A DNA stretch of 64,000 nt from Candidatus Marinacidobacterium sp. (GTDB lineage Bacteria > Acidobacteriota > Vicinamibacteria > Marinacidobacterales > Marinacidobacteraceae): assembly GCA_965220965.1 (NCBI GenBank), contig OZ244852.1, forward strand, positions 64,001-128,000, in the 5' to 3' direction. Below the pieces are notes generated by a model, which searched no databases, was not told where the DNA came from, and saw nothing but the letters and a program-made list of their open reading frames with translations. Position numbers and translations under genes: made by a program. Position 1 is the first letter of the stretch. Each line of letters begins with the position of its first letter. Positions 1-8,779 of the stretch are shown one piece after another.

Positions 1-306
1 GTGGACCTTTCCGAATCGTCCGGTCGCCACCCGGAAGAGGACTTCCGCGTGCTTCGGGAGGAGGTCCGGAACTACGGCCACGGCCTCGCCTCGAAACCGG
101 CCGTCGTCGTCGGGAACAAGACGGACATCCTCCAGGGGAACGACCGCATCGAAGCGCTGGAGCGGGCCGCCGCCGCCTGCGGGCTTTCCCACTTCTCCGT
201 CTCGGCCGCCACCGGGGACGGGTGCTCCGAGCTCGTCCGCAAGCTGGGCGCGCAGCTCGCCTCCCGCCCGCCGGACGCCCCGGTCGTAGACTCGCCTCCA
301 GCTTGA
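1..306 (+). CDS. obgE: GTPase Obg, C-terminal part (5' truncated by window)
   Basis: KPAVVVGNKTD (G4) and VSAATG (G5); obg-nadD-rsfS synteny. Confidence 0.85.
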   Translation: MDLSESSGRHPEEDFRVLREEVRNYGHGLASKPAVVVGNKTDILQGNDRIEALERAAAACGLSHFSVSAATGDGCSELVRKLGAQLASRPPDAPVVDSPPA

Positions 307-989
307 GCCCGTCCCCCCGTCCGGCCGCTCCGGTTCCCCGCCCGGGAGTCGTTGCGGTGTTCGGGGGAACGTTCGACCCGCCGCACTGGGGTCACGTGCG
401 CGCCGCCGAGGCGGTCCGCGATCAGCTCGGGGTGGAAGAGGTCTGGTTCGTCCCGGCCGCGGTTCCGCCGCACCGCGAGACGCCTCCGCGGGTCGCCGCC
501 GGAGAGCGGCTGGCCCTCGTCCGGGAAGCGATCCGGGGACGCGAGCGGCTGGTCGCGAGCTCCATCGAACTCGAGCGCGAGGGGCCTTCGTTCACGATCG
601 ACACGCTCGATCAGATCGCGGCGCGCCGCCCTCCCGGCCCGGAAGGGGACGCCCGGGTGATCTTCGTCGCCGGAAGCGACGCCTTCGCCGAGATCCGCAC
701 CTGGTCGCGTTACCGGGAGCTGCTCGAGCGCCATCCGGTGGTCGTGGTCTCGCGGTGCGGCGCCCCCCTCGCGGAGGCGCTCGCCGCCGCGCCGGAAGAG
801 TTCCTCGGCCGCGTCACCGACAACCCCGAGACCCGGCTGGTCCCGCCCCGCATCATCGCCCTCGAGATCCCGCTGCCCGACCCGGCCTCGAAGGACATCC
901 GCGATCGGGTCGGGGCCCGGCTCCCGGTCGGGAGCATGATGCCGTCGGCGGTCTCTTCCCGGATCGGGGAACGGGGGTACTACCGCTGA
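303..989 (+). CDS. nadD: Nicotinate-nucleotide adenylyltransferase
   Basis: VFGGTFDPPHWGH, PPHR, SFTIDTL, GSDAF; TTG at 303 overlaps the obg stop (TTGA). Confidence 0.92.
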   Translation: MSPSPRPAAPVPRPGVVAVFGGTFDPPHWGHVRAAEAVRDQLGVEEVWFVPAAVPPHRETPPRVAAGERLALVREAIRGRERLVASSIELEREGPSFTIDTLDQIAARRPPGPEGDARVIFVAGSDAFAEIRTWSRYRELLERHPVVVVSRCGAPLAEALAAAPEEFLGRVTDNPETRLVPPRIIALEIPLPDPASKDIRDRVGARLPVGSMMPSAVSSRIGERGYYR

Positions 990-1459
990 CTCCAGATCCC
1001 GCCCTCCCCGCGTCCGGGCTGCAGGCCCGGCTCGCCGCATCGACCGCGCTCGCCGAGAAGGCCGAGGATGTCCTCGTGCTCGACCTGCGCGAGCTGGTCG
1101 GGTTCACCGACTACTTCGTGATCGCAACGGCGTCCTCGGAGCGGCGCCGAAAGACCGTGATCGAGGCGATCGGGGAGCGGCTCCTCGAGGAGTTCCGGCG
1201 CAAGCCCACCCATATCGAGGGGACGCCGGCCGCCGGCTGGCTGCTCGCGGACTATGTGGACTTCGTGGTCCACGTCTTCGCGCCCGAGAGCCGGGAGCTC
1301 TACCAGCTCGAACGGCTGTGGGGCGACGCCCCCCGCTGGGCGCCCGAACTGGTCGGGGCGGCGGAAGGCGCGGGGCCGTCCGTTCCGGACGCGGCGGATG
1401 AGGAACCCATTTCCGGCGAGACCGCAGAGCCACCGCCCGGGCCGGAAGAGCCCGCGTAG
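986..1459 (+). CDS. rsfS: Ribosome silencing factor
   Basis: KAEDVLVLDL..FTDYFVIAT..WLLADYVDFVVHVF..RELYQLERLWGD; start uncertain (CTG overlapping the nadD stop). Confidence 0.9.
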   Translation: MTPDPALPASGLQARLAASTALAEKAEDVLVLDLRELVGFTDYFVIATASSERRRKTVIEAIGERLLEEFRRKPTHIEGTPAAGWLLADYVDFVVHVFAPESRELYQLERLWGDAPRWAPELVGAAEGAGPSVPDAADEEPISGETAEPPPGPEEPA

Positions 1460-1485
1460 AATCCGGCCACAGTCGGACATCCGTC

Positions 1486-2847
1486 GTGCGAACGCTCCTC
1501 TTCTTCTTCGGCGTCCTGGTGACCGCAGCGCTGCTGCTGGTCCTGATGGAGGGGAACTCCCAGTTGGTCACGGTGTGGCTGCCGCTGTTCCTCCCTATCG
1601 AGGTCGAGCTGTGGAAGGTGATGCTCGGCGGGGTCGGGATCGGCGCGGCCGTTGCGCTGGCGTTCGACGGGGCGGGCCGGATCCGGCGGCTCATCCGCGA
1701 GCGCCGCATCCGCCGGGGGCTGCGCGACCTCCACGAGGGGGACCGCCTCTTCCGGGAGGCTGTCGGCGAGATGGCTTCCGGCCGCTTCGCCAAGGCGCTC
1801 CTCAGTCTCGAGGCGGCGGAGGAGTACGCCGGGGCCCACGGGGACACGCTGCGGCGCAAGGCGGAGTGCCTGATGCGCCTGGATCGTCCGGCGGAGGCGG
1901 CCGCCGCGCTCGAGGAGGCGGTCGAGGATGACCGGGGGAACCGGGAGGTCGCCTATGCCCTCGCGGAGGCGCGGATCGCCACCGGCGACCCCGGCAAGGC
2001 CCGCGACCTGCTCGAGAAGACGATCGCGGAAGATCCCGACCCGCCGACGCACGCGCTCCGGACGCACCGCGACCTGCTCGCCGCTTCCGGCGACGCGCAG
2101 GCCGCGCTCGCCGTCCAGCAGCGGCTGCTCTCGGTCATTCCGCGCTCCGGACGCGCCGCCGAAGAGGCCCGGGCGCTGGCGCTGCGCCACGCGCTGGGCC
2201 TCCAGTTGCTGGAGCGGGGCGAAGCGGTGGAGGCGGCGCGGGTGTTTCGCGCGGTGCTCGAAGAGGACCCGCGCGCCGTGCCCGCCTGGGTGCGCCTCGG
2301 GGCCGCCTACCTCGAGGCGGGCAACGAGCGGGCCGCCGTCGAGGCGTGGGAGCGCGGTTTCCGCGAGACCGGCGCCACGCCGCCGCTCACCGCGCTCCAG
2401 GACTACTACCTGGACCGCACCTCCCCGGAGGACGCGATTTCGGTGTGGAAGCGCGCGGTGGCCGAGACCCGCGCCGAGGGGGGCGCCGCCTCGCTCGAAT
2501 CGCAGTACCTGCTCGGCAAGCTGTACGACCGGCTCTTCATGCTGGATGAGGCGGTGGGCGCTCTCGCCGGGCTGCCCAATCTTGACTCTCCCGCCCTCGC
2601 CGCGCGTCTGACCCGGATCCTCGAGAGCCGGGGCGACCTGAGCGGCGCGGTCGCGCACGCGCGCCAGTTGCTCTCCCGGAGTCCGTCGGTGGCCGCCGAG
2701 TACGCCTGTTCCGGGTGCGGCGCCCGATATGCCGAGTGGGCGGATGTCTGCGAGCGCTGCGGCGCCTACGGCCGCGTGGGGCTCGATCTCGGCGCGTCGT
2801 CCGCGGAGCGCGAGGCGGCGGTCCGCGAGTCGGCCCCGGTCGTCTGA
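1486..2847 (+). CDS. LapA-like two-TM domain fused to TPR repeats and a C-terminal rubredoxin-like CxxC...CxxC (LapB-like)
   Basis: N-terminal hydrophobic hairpin around NSQLVTV; TPR-like helices; YACSGCG..W..VCERCG. Confidence 0.7.
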   Translation: MRTLLFFFGVLVTAALLLVLMEGNSQLVTVWLPLFLPIEVELWKVMLGGVGIGAAVALAFDGAGRIRRLIRERRIRRGLRDLHEGDRLFREAVGEMASGRFAKALLSLEAAEEYAGAHGDTLRRKAECLMRLDRPAEAAAALEEAVEDDRGNREVAYALAEARIATGDPGKARDLLEKTIAEDPDPPTHALRTHRDLLAASGDAQAALAVQQRLLSVIPRSGRAAEEARALALRHALGLQLLERGEAVEAARVFRAVLEEDPRAVPAWVRLGAAYLEAGNERAAVEAWERGFRETGATPPLTALQDYYLDRTSPEDAISVWKRAVAETRAEGGAASLESQYLLGKLYDRLFMLDEAVGALAGLPNLDSPALAARLTRILESRGDLSGAVAHARQLLSRSPSVAAEYACSGCGARYAEWADVCERCGAYGRVGLDLGASSAEREAAVRESAPVV

Positions 2848-2911
2848 CCGGGCGGCGATCCGGCGCCCCCGGCTTCCAGTCTTCCGAGCCGCGCGCCGGC
2901 GAGGTCTTTCC

Positions 2912-3685
2912 GTGCGTGTTCAGGCCGTGGTCCCCGGGCTTCGCCGGGGGCTGGGCCAGCTCCTGTTTCCGGTCGGCTGCCCGCTCTGCGACGGGCCGCT
3001 CGCCGATCCGCTCCGCGCGCCGGTGTGCGGCGGGTGCCGGACCCGGCTCCTCCCGCTGCCCCATCCGGCGTGTCGCCGGTGCGGCCGGTTCTTCGCGCCG
3101 GGGGCCGCTCCCGGCGTCTGCGGCGCCTGCCGCCGCGCTCCGCCGCCGTTTCTCCGCGCCGTGGCGGCGGCGTCCTACGAAGGGACGGCCCGCCGGGCGG
3201 TCCAGGAGCTGAAGTACCGGCGGCGGGAGGCGCTCGCTCCGCTCCTCGCGGAGGCGGCCGCTACGGCGTGGCTCGCCGCGACCTGGACCGGCGAGGCGGC
3301 CCGGGCGGAGGCCCCGGCCGCGGTGATCCCGGTCCCCTCCCCGTTCTGGCGCCGGGTGCGTCGGGGCTTCCAGCCGGCCGCATCCATCGCCGAGGGCGTC
3401 GCCGCGCGCCTCGAGCTCCCGCTGGCCGGGAACGTCCTGCGCCGCCGCCACTCCCCGCCGCAGACGCTCGTCCCCGCGGGCGCCCGCCGGCGCAACGTGA
3501 GCCGGGTGTTCCGCGTCCGGCGCCTGCCGCCGGCCCTGAACGGCCGGATACTGCTGCTCGTGGACGATGTCCTGACGACCGGGAGCACGGCGCGCGCCGC
3601 GGTGCGGGCGCTTCGCCGGGCGGGCGCCGGACCGGTGGCCGTTCTCACCTTCGCGCGCGCCGCCGGTCCGGGCGGCGGCTCGTAA
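2912..3685 (+). CDS. comF: ComF family protein (double Zn-ribbon + PRTase domain)
   Basis: LFPVGCPLC..C..C..CRRC..CGAC; VIPVP..RRGFQPA; LLLVDDVLTTGST. Confidence 0.88.
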   Translation: MRVQAVVPGLRRGLGQLLFPVGCPLCDGPLADPLRAPVCGGCRTRLLPLPHPACRRCGRFFAPGAAPGVCGACRRAPPPFLRAVAAASYEGTARRAVQELKYRRREALAPLLAEAAATAWLAATWTGEAARAEAPAAVIPVPSPFWRRVRRGFQPAASIAEGVAARLELPLAGNVLRRRHSPPQTLVPAGARRRNVSRVFRVRRLPPALNGRILLLVDDVLTTGSTARAAVRALRRAGAGPVAVLTFARAAGPGGGS

Positions 3686-3741
3686 CGGGCCGCTACAATC
3701 CGGACCGTCGCGGTCCGGAGCGCCGGCCCGGCATGTGAGCC

Positions 3742-4581
3742 TTGCGTTACACCGGATCTGTGCACCGGACGCGGCGGGGGACGGCCGCCCTAGCGCTGGT
3801 TCTCGGGGGCGTGCTGGCGGCCGGCTCCGTCGAGGCGTGGGGCCCCGAAGGGCATCGACGGATCGCCGAGGAGGCGATCGATTCGCTGCGGGATCCGCTG
3901 AAGGAGTTCTTCGAGGATCGGGAAGACGAGCTCATCGAGCTGCTGGACGACCCCGGCCGAGGCCGGGCGGCGGCGCACTTCCACCTCGAGGCCTACGACG
4001 AGTTTCCGTTCTGGGACGTGCCGGCGACCCGCGAGCTGGCGGAGCGGCGGTTCTCCGAGGAGGAGATCGAGGCGCAGGGCGACGCGCTCTACCGGCTGCT
4101 CGAGGCGTGGGCCGGGCTGGTGGAGGCGTTCACCGCGCAGGACTTCGAGGAGGTCCTGGGGCTCGCCGCCGATGTGTCGTGGCTCGTCGGAGAACTCAGC
4201 GTGCCCCTCAACGTCTCGGACCGGGGCGACGGGCAGGCGACCGAGCAGGACGGCCTCACCCGACGCTTCGACACGCAGCTCCTGGAGATCTTCGCCAACG
4301 AGTTGCGGGTGGACGACTCGGCCGGTCTCTACATCGACCGGCCGGAGGAGTTCATGCGCTCGCTCCCGCTCAAGGTCCACATCTGGGTGGACAACATCTC
4401 CTTCGTGGACGCCCTCTCCCGCCGCGGGGTCACGGGGTACGACCGCTTCTACATGGACGGGATGTGGAGGGAGCTCGGGCCGCTGGTGAACGCGCTCACG
4501 AGCGACGCCGCGGCCGACACCGCGAGCCTCTGGTACACCGCCTGGGTGGCGGCCGGACGCCCCGAGGTCCCGGAGACCTGA
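3742..4581 (+). CDS. Secreted S1/P1 nuclease / Zn-dependent phospholipase C fold protein with degenerate Zn ligands
   Basis: Signal peptide then AWGPEGHRRIA; WLVGELSVPLNV where the family has HxxGDxxQPLH; ends LWYTAWVAAGRP. Confidence 0.65.
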   Translation: MRYTGSVHRTRRGTAALALVLGGVLAAGSVEAWGPEGHRRIAEEAIDSLRDPLKEFFEDREDELIELLDDPGRGRAAAHFHLEAYDEFPFWDVPATRELAERRFSEEEIEAQGDALYRLLEAWAGLVEAFTAQDFEEVLGLAADVSWLVGELSVPLNVSDRGDGQATEQDGLTRRFDTQLLEIFANELRVDDSAGLYIDRPEEFMRSLPLKVHIWVDNISFVDALSRRGVTGYDRFYMDGMWRELGPLVNALTSDAAADTASLWYTAWVAAGRPEVPET

Positions 4582-5273
4582 CCGAGCCTTCGGAGGCCGG
4601 CCGCACGCCATCGAACGGCGACGCGGCCGGCGAGGACTCGAACGCGCTCGACCTCGCCACCATCGAGGCCCTGCGCGCCGGCGAGATCGACCGCAACAGG
4701 GCCTGGGAAGACCTGATCGGCCGCCATCAACGCCGGCTGTTCTCGCTCGCCTACCGGTTCACCGGCCGCTACCAGGACGCCGAGGAGCTGACCCAGGAGC
4801 TCATCGTGCGCCTCTACCACCAGCTTCCCCGGTTCGATCCGCGGGCCCACTTCGTGGTCTGGCTGAATTCGGTGGCCCGCAACTACTGCATCGACCGCTA
4901 CCGGGCGCGGGTTCGCGAGCGGCAGCGGCTCCTTCCGCACGACGGTCCGATGGACCGCTGGGCCGGCGAGGCGGCCCCCGGCCCCGAGCGGGCGCTCGAG
5001 CTTCGGGAGACCCGCGACCAGTTGTGGGACGCGCTCGAGTCGCTCTCGCCCCGGCTGCGGGAGGTCGTGCAGCTCCGGTTCTTCCAGGACCTCTCCTACG
5101 AGGAGATCGGGGAGCGGCTCGGCGTTCCGGAAGGGACGGTGAAGAGCCGGATCCACCGGGGACGGGCGGAGATGCGGACGAAGCTGCGGGAGGCCCAGCG
5201 GCCTCCCGCGGACACAGGAGTGGACGAGGACAACGCCGGCCGGCGCTCGCCGGCCACGGAGGCAGAGCCATGA
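4578..5273 (+). CDS. ECF sigma-70 factor
   Basis: Region 2 DAEELTQE..F..WLNSVARNYCIDRYR; region 4 LSYEEIGERLGVPEGTVKSRIHRGR; start inferred (CTG overlapping the upstream stop). Confidence 0.88.
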   Translation: MTEPSEAGRTPSNGDAAGEDSNALDLATIEALRAGEIDRNRAWEDLIGRHQRRLFSLAYRFTGRYQDAEELTQELIVRLYHQLPRFDPRAHFVVWLNSVARNYCIDRYRARVRERQRLLPHDGPMDRWAGEAAPGPERALELRETRDQLWDALESLSPRLREVVQLRFFQDLSYEEIGERLGVPEGTVKSRIHRGRAEMRTKLREAQRPPADTGVDEDNAGRRSPATEAEP

Positions 5274-5647
5274 CGATGACCACGAGCGTCCGGACCGAGT
5301 CCGGCGTCACCGTGTTCCGCCCGGAGGCCCCGCGTCTGGTCTACGCGACGCTCGACTCCTTCGTCGAGCAGGTCCACGGCCGGCTGGGAGAGGGGGCGCC
5401 GCGCGTCCTGCTGGACTTTGCGGTCGTGACCTATGTCGATTCCGCCGCCATCGGGTGCCTCATGGACCTCTACCGGCGCATCGCCAGCCGGAAGGGACGG
5501 CTTGCGCTCGCCGCGCTCGAGGAGCGGGTCGAACGGATGCTGCGCATGACCGGGGCGCACGAGTTCATCCCGATCCACCCGACGGTGGAGGCCGGGGTCG
5601 CGGCGCTCGGAGAAACGGCGGAGTCCGACGGTGGGGAGGATCGCTGA
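5270..5647 (+). CDS. STAS domain protein / anti-sigma factor antagonist
   Basis: LLDFAVVTYVDSAAIGCL with the phosphorylatable DS; ATGA coupling to the sigma gene. Confidence 0.85.
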   Translation: MTMTTSVRTESGVTVFRPEAPRLVYATLDSFVEQVHGRLGEGAPRVLLDFAVVTYVDSAAIGCLMDLYRRIASRKGRLALAALEERVERMLRMTGAHEFIPIHPTVEAGVAALGETAESDGGEDR

Positions 5648-5925
5648 TGCGCTCCATCACGATGCGCGACGGGCGCGTGATCCAGCTCGACGGGGATCTG
5701 CTCGCGATCCTCGAGGCGCTCTACCAGGAAGTCTCCGTCCGCAGCGAGTTCCAGAACACCTACGAGACGATGATGGGCGAGGTGACCCACATCGTGGAGT
5801 CGATGACCGAGGACGAGCGGCGCAGTTACCTGATCGAGAGCCTCTTCCTGAACATCGTCCGCTACGAGAACGAGCGGCTGGCGGCCTTCCTGAAGATGGT
5901 GGAGTCCTCCGGGGGAGATGACTGA
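5647..5925 (+). CDS. Small acidic helical hypothetical protein (92 aa)
   Basis: TGATG coupling, GGGGAGG RBS, typical GC3 codon bias. Confidence 0.7.
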   Translation: MRSITMRDGRVIQLDGDLLAILEALYQEVSVRSEFQNTYETMMGEVTHIVESMTEDERRSYLIESLFLNIVRYENERLAAFLKMVESSGGDD

Positions 5926-5947
5926 CCGGGAGCCCGCGCATCCCGGC

Positions 5948-5973
5948 CTCCGGGCGGCGAAGGCCGCCCGGAG
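5948..5973. terminator. GC-rich hairpin between convergent genes
   Basis: CTCCGGGCGGC-GAAG-GCCGCCCGGAG, a perfect 11-bp stem; no U tract. Confidence 0.55.
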
Positions 5974-5979
5974 ATCGGC

Positions 5980-6393
5980 CTATCTTCCAGCGGCGATGAG
6001 CCAGGCCCAGTTCAGGGCGAGCGCGGCGAGCGCCACCCGACCGTTCAGCAGGCGCCTCACGGCGTCGGGCGGCTTCCAGCCCAGCAGAAGCGCCGCGCCG
6101 GAGATCACCCCGGCGGCGATTGCCACCGTCACCAGCGGGTTCCAGGCGAGCGCTTCGAGCGGGGCGCCGGTCGCGAGCGAGGCCGCCGCCCTCGTCCCGC
6201 CGCAGAGCGGGCAGGGGATCCCGGTGGCGGCGTTCAGCAGACAGAGCCGCACGCCCCCCGGAAACTCCTCGCTGATGCGGTGGACCCACGGGGCGGCGGC
6301 GAGCGCCCCGCCGCCCACGAAGAGCAGGGAAAGACCGGACCCGCGGTCGGAGGAACCCTCTCGGGGCGGCGCGCCGCGGGCCGGGTTCGCCAT
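5980..6393 (-). CDS. DUF2752 family membrane protein
   Basis: [19 protein letters not shown]...AWNPL plus TM helices. Confidence 0.8.
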   Translation of the reverse strand: MANPARGAPPREGSSDRGSGLSLLFVGGGALAAAPWVHRISEEFPGGVRLCLLNAATGIPCPLCGGTRAAASLATGAPLEALAWNPLVTVAIAAGVISGAALLLGWKPPDAVRRLLNGRVALAALALNWAWLIAAGR

Positions 6394-6423
6394 GGGCTCC
6401 GGAGCCTACTGCCGGAGGGCGTG

Positions 6424-8760
6424 ATGGCGGGGAAGTCCGGCGGCGCGAAAACCGGCGCCCGACTCCCGCTCGGCGAGCAGCGCGGCCCGGGGTCCCGCGA
6501 GGTCCAGCTCGCCTCGGTCACCGAGGAGCGCTACCGCACCTATGCGCTGTCGGTCATCACCTCGCGCGCCCTCCCCGATGTCCGCGACGGCCTGAAGCCG
6601 GTCCAGCGGCGGATCCTGGTCGCCATGTGGCGGCAGGGGTTGCGGCCCGGCGGGCGGCACCGCAAGTGCGCCAAGGTCGTCGGCGACGTCATGGGCGCCT
6701 ACCACCCCCACGGCGACTCCGCGATCTACGACGCGCTCGTCCGGCTGGCGCAGCCGTTCGCGTCGCGCCTGCCGCTGGTGGAGGGCTCGGGCAACTTCGG
6801 GTCGCTCGACGGCGACCCGCCGGCGGCGATGCGCTACACCGAGTGCCGCCTCCCGCCGGTCGCCGACGACCTGCTGGGCGATCTCGCCTCCGACACCGTT
6901 CCCGACCGCCCGACCTACGACGGCGCGCGCACCGAGCCGGTCGTTCTCCCCACCCGGCTCCCGCTGCTGCTGATCAACGGCTCCACCGGCATCGCCGTCG
7001 GCGTCGCGACCTCGATCCCGCCGCACAACCCCGCCGAGACGCTCGATGCGCTCATCGCGCTCCTCGACGACCCGAAGTGCTCCGACGAGGAGCTGGCGCG
7101 CCTCCTCCCGGGTCCGGACTTCCCGACCGGCGGCGAGATCCTCGATCCGCCGGAGAAGATCGCCGAAATCTACCGGAGCGGTCGGGGCTCGCTGCGGGTC
7201 CGCGGGGTCCTCGAGGACCAGGGCGCCCGCGGCCGGGTCCGGACGCTCCACATCACCTCGGTTCCGTACGGCGTGGACAAGGCGCAGCTCGTCCAGCGCC
7301 TCGGGGAGATCGTGGCGGACCGCTCGCTCCCCGCTCTCCTCGACGTGAGCGACCTCTCCACCGACGACGTCCAGATCCGCCTCGAGGTCCGGCGCGACGC
7401 GCCGGTGGACCGGATCGTCGCGTTCCTCTCGAAGCGCACCCCGTTCCAGTCCTCGGTGTCGGTGGACCTCACCTGTCTCCGGTTCGAGGGCTCGTCCGGC
7501 GGGGTTCCGGAACGCGTCGGCGTGCGGACGCTGCTCGCCGACTTCCTCGATTTCCGGCGCGAGGTCGTGCGGCGACGGCTCGAGGACGAACGGTGCCGAC
7601 TCGCGGCCCGCCTCCATCTGCTGGACGGGTTCTCGCTGGTCTTCGACGCGCTCGACCGGGTGCTCGAGATCGTGCGGGCCTCGTCGGGGAAGGCGGACGC
7701 CGCCCGGAAGATCATGGCCGAGCTGCCGCTCGACGAGGCCCAGACCGATGCGATCCTCGAACTCCGGGTCTACCGCCTCGCCCGCCTCGAGATCCGGGTG
7801 CTGCTCGACGAGATGAAGAAGCGCAGGGCCCGGCTGAAAAAAGTGGAGTCGCTGCTGAAGACCGCCCGGAAGATCAACGCCGAGGTGCGCCGCGAGCTCG
7901 TGGAGGTCCGGGAGCGCTACGCGGAACCCCGCCGCACGAGCTTCGCCACCGGTCCCGAGCCCGCCGACTTCGCCGAGGAGGAGCTCCTTCCCGACGAGGA
8001 GGCGATCGTGGTCCTCACCCGGGACGGCTGGATCCGCCGTCAGCGCGAGATCCGCGAGCTCGAGAAACTCCGCCTCCGCGAGGGGGACGAGCTGCTCGCG
8101 CTCGAGCCGGGGAACACCCGCGCCGCGGTCGCGCTGTTCTCGTCGCGGGGGGCGGCGTTCACCACGCGGATCGCCCGCGTCCCGGCGAGCGCCGGGTACG
8201 GCGACCCGGTCCAGACGCTGTTTGCGCTGGGGGACGGCGAGCGGATCGTGTCGCTGCTCAGCCTCGACCCCCGGTTGCTCCGGCGGGCGGGGCGCGGCGC
8301 CGTTCCCGAGCAGGCGGTGGCGGTCACCCGCTACGGCTACGCCCTCCGCTTCCGGCTCGCCGGACACGCCGAGCCCTCCACCCGTCGGGGGCGGCGGTTC
8401 GCCCGGCTCAAGGAGGGCGACGAGGTCGTGGGGGTCGTCCCCACCCTCGATGCGGGTACCCTGATCGTGGCCACCGAGGGGGGCCGCGCCCTCCTTTGCG
8501 ATGTGGAAGAGATCAACCTGCTCGCCGGGAGCGGGCTGGGGGTGCGGGCGATCTCGCTCATGGCGGGAGACCGCGTGCTCGGGTTCCGGGTGGCGTACCG
8601 GAAAGAGTCGCTCACGGTGACGACCAAGGGGGGGCAGACCCGCCACCTCGACGCCGGGCGCTTCCGCGTCGGGACGCGCGGCCGGCGCGGGACGCAGGTC
8701 GCGGTGAGCGGGTTCGCCGGGGTCGTGGCGCCGGTGGAGCTTCCGGAGCCGCTCGAATGA
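6424..8760 (+). CDS. Type IIA topoisomerase subunit A (ParC/GyrA family, probably topo IV-like)
   Basis: [35 protein letters not shown] catalytic Tyr; no clear QxRGGxG GyrA-box. Confidence 0.9.
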   Translation: MAGKSGGAKTGARLPLGEQRGPGSREVQLASVTEERYRTYALSVITSRALPDVRDGLKPVQRRILVAMWRQGLRPGGRHRKCAKVVGDVMGAYHPHGDSAIYDALVRLAQPFASRLPLVEGSGNFGSLDGDPPAAMRYTECRLPPVADDLLGDLASDTVPDRPTYDGARTEPVVLPTRLPLLLINGSTGIAVGVATSIPPHNPAETLDALIALLDDPKCSDEELARLLPGPDFPTGGEILDPPEKIAEIYRSGRGSLRVRGVLEDQGARGRVRTLHITSVPYGVDKAQLVQRLGEIVADRSLPALLDVSDLSTDDVQIRLEVRRDAPVDRIVAFLSKRTPFQSSVSVDLTCLRFEGSSGGVPERVGVRTLLADFLDFRREVVRRRLEDERCRLAARLHLLDGFSLVFDALDRVLEIVRASSGKADAARKIMAELPLDEAQTDAILELRVYRLARLEIRVLLDEMKKRRARLKKVESLLKTARKINAEVRRELVEVRERYAEPRRTSFATGPEPADFAEEELLPDEEAIVVLTRDGWIRRQREIRELEKLRLREGDELLALEPGNTRAAVALFSSRGAAFTTRIARVPASAGYGDPVQTLFALGDGERIVSLLSLDPRLLRRAGRGAVPEQAVAVTRYGYALRFRLAGHAEPSTRRGRRFARLKEGDEVVGVVPTLDAGTLIVATEGGRALLCDVEEINLLAGSGLGVRAISLMAGDRVLGFRVAYRKESLTVTTKGGQTRHLDAGRFRVGTRGRRGTQVAVSGFAGVVAPVELPEPLE

Positions 8761-8779
8761 GGCGGCGGGAGGCCCGGCG

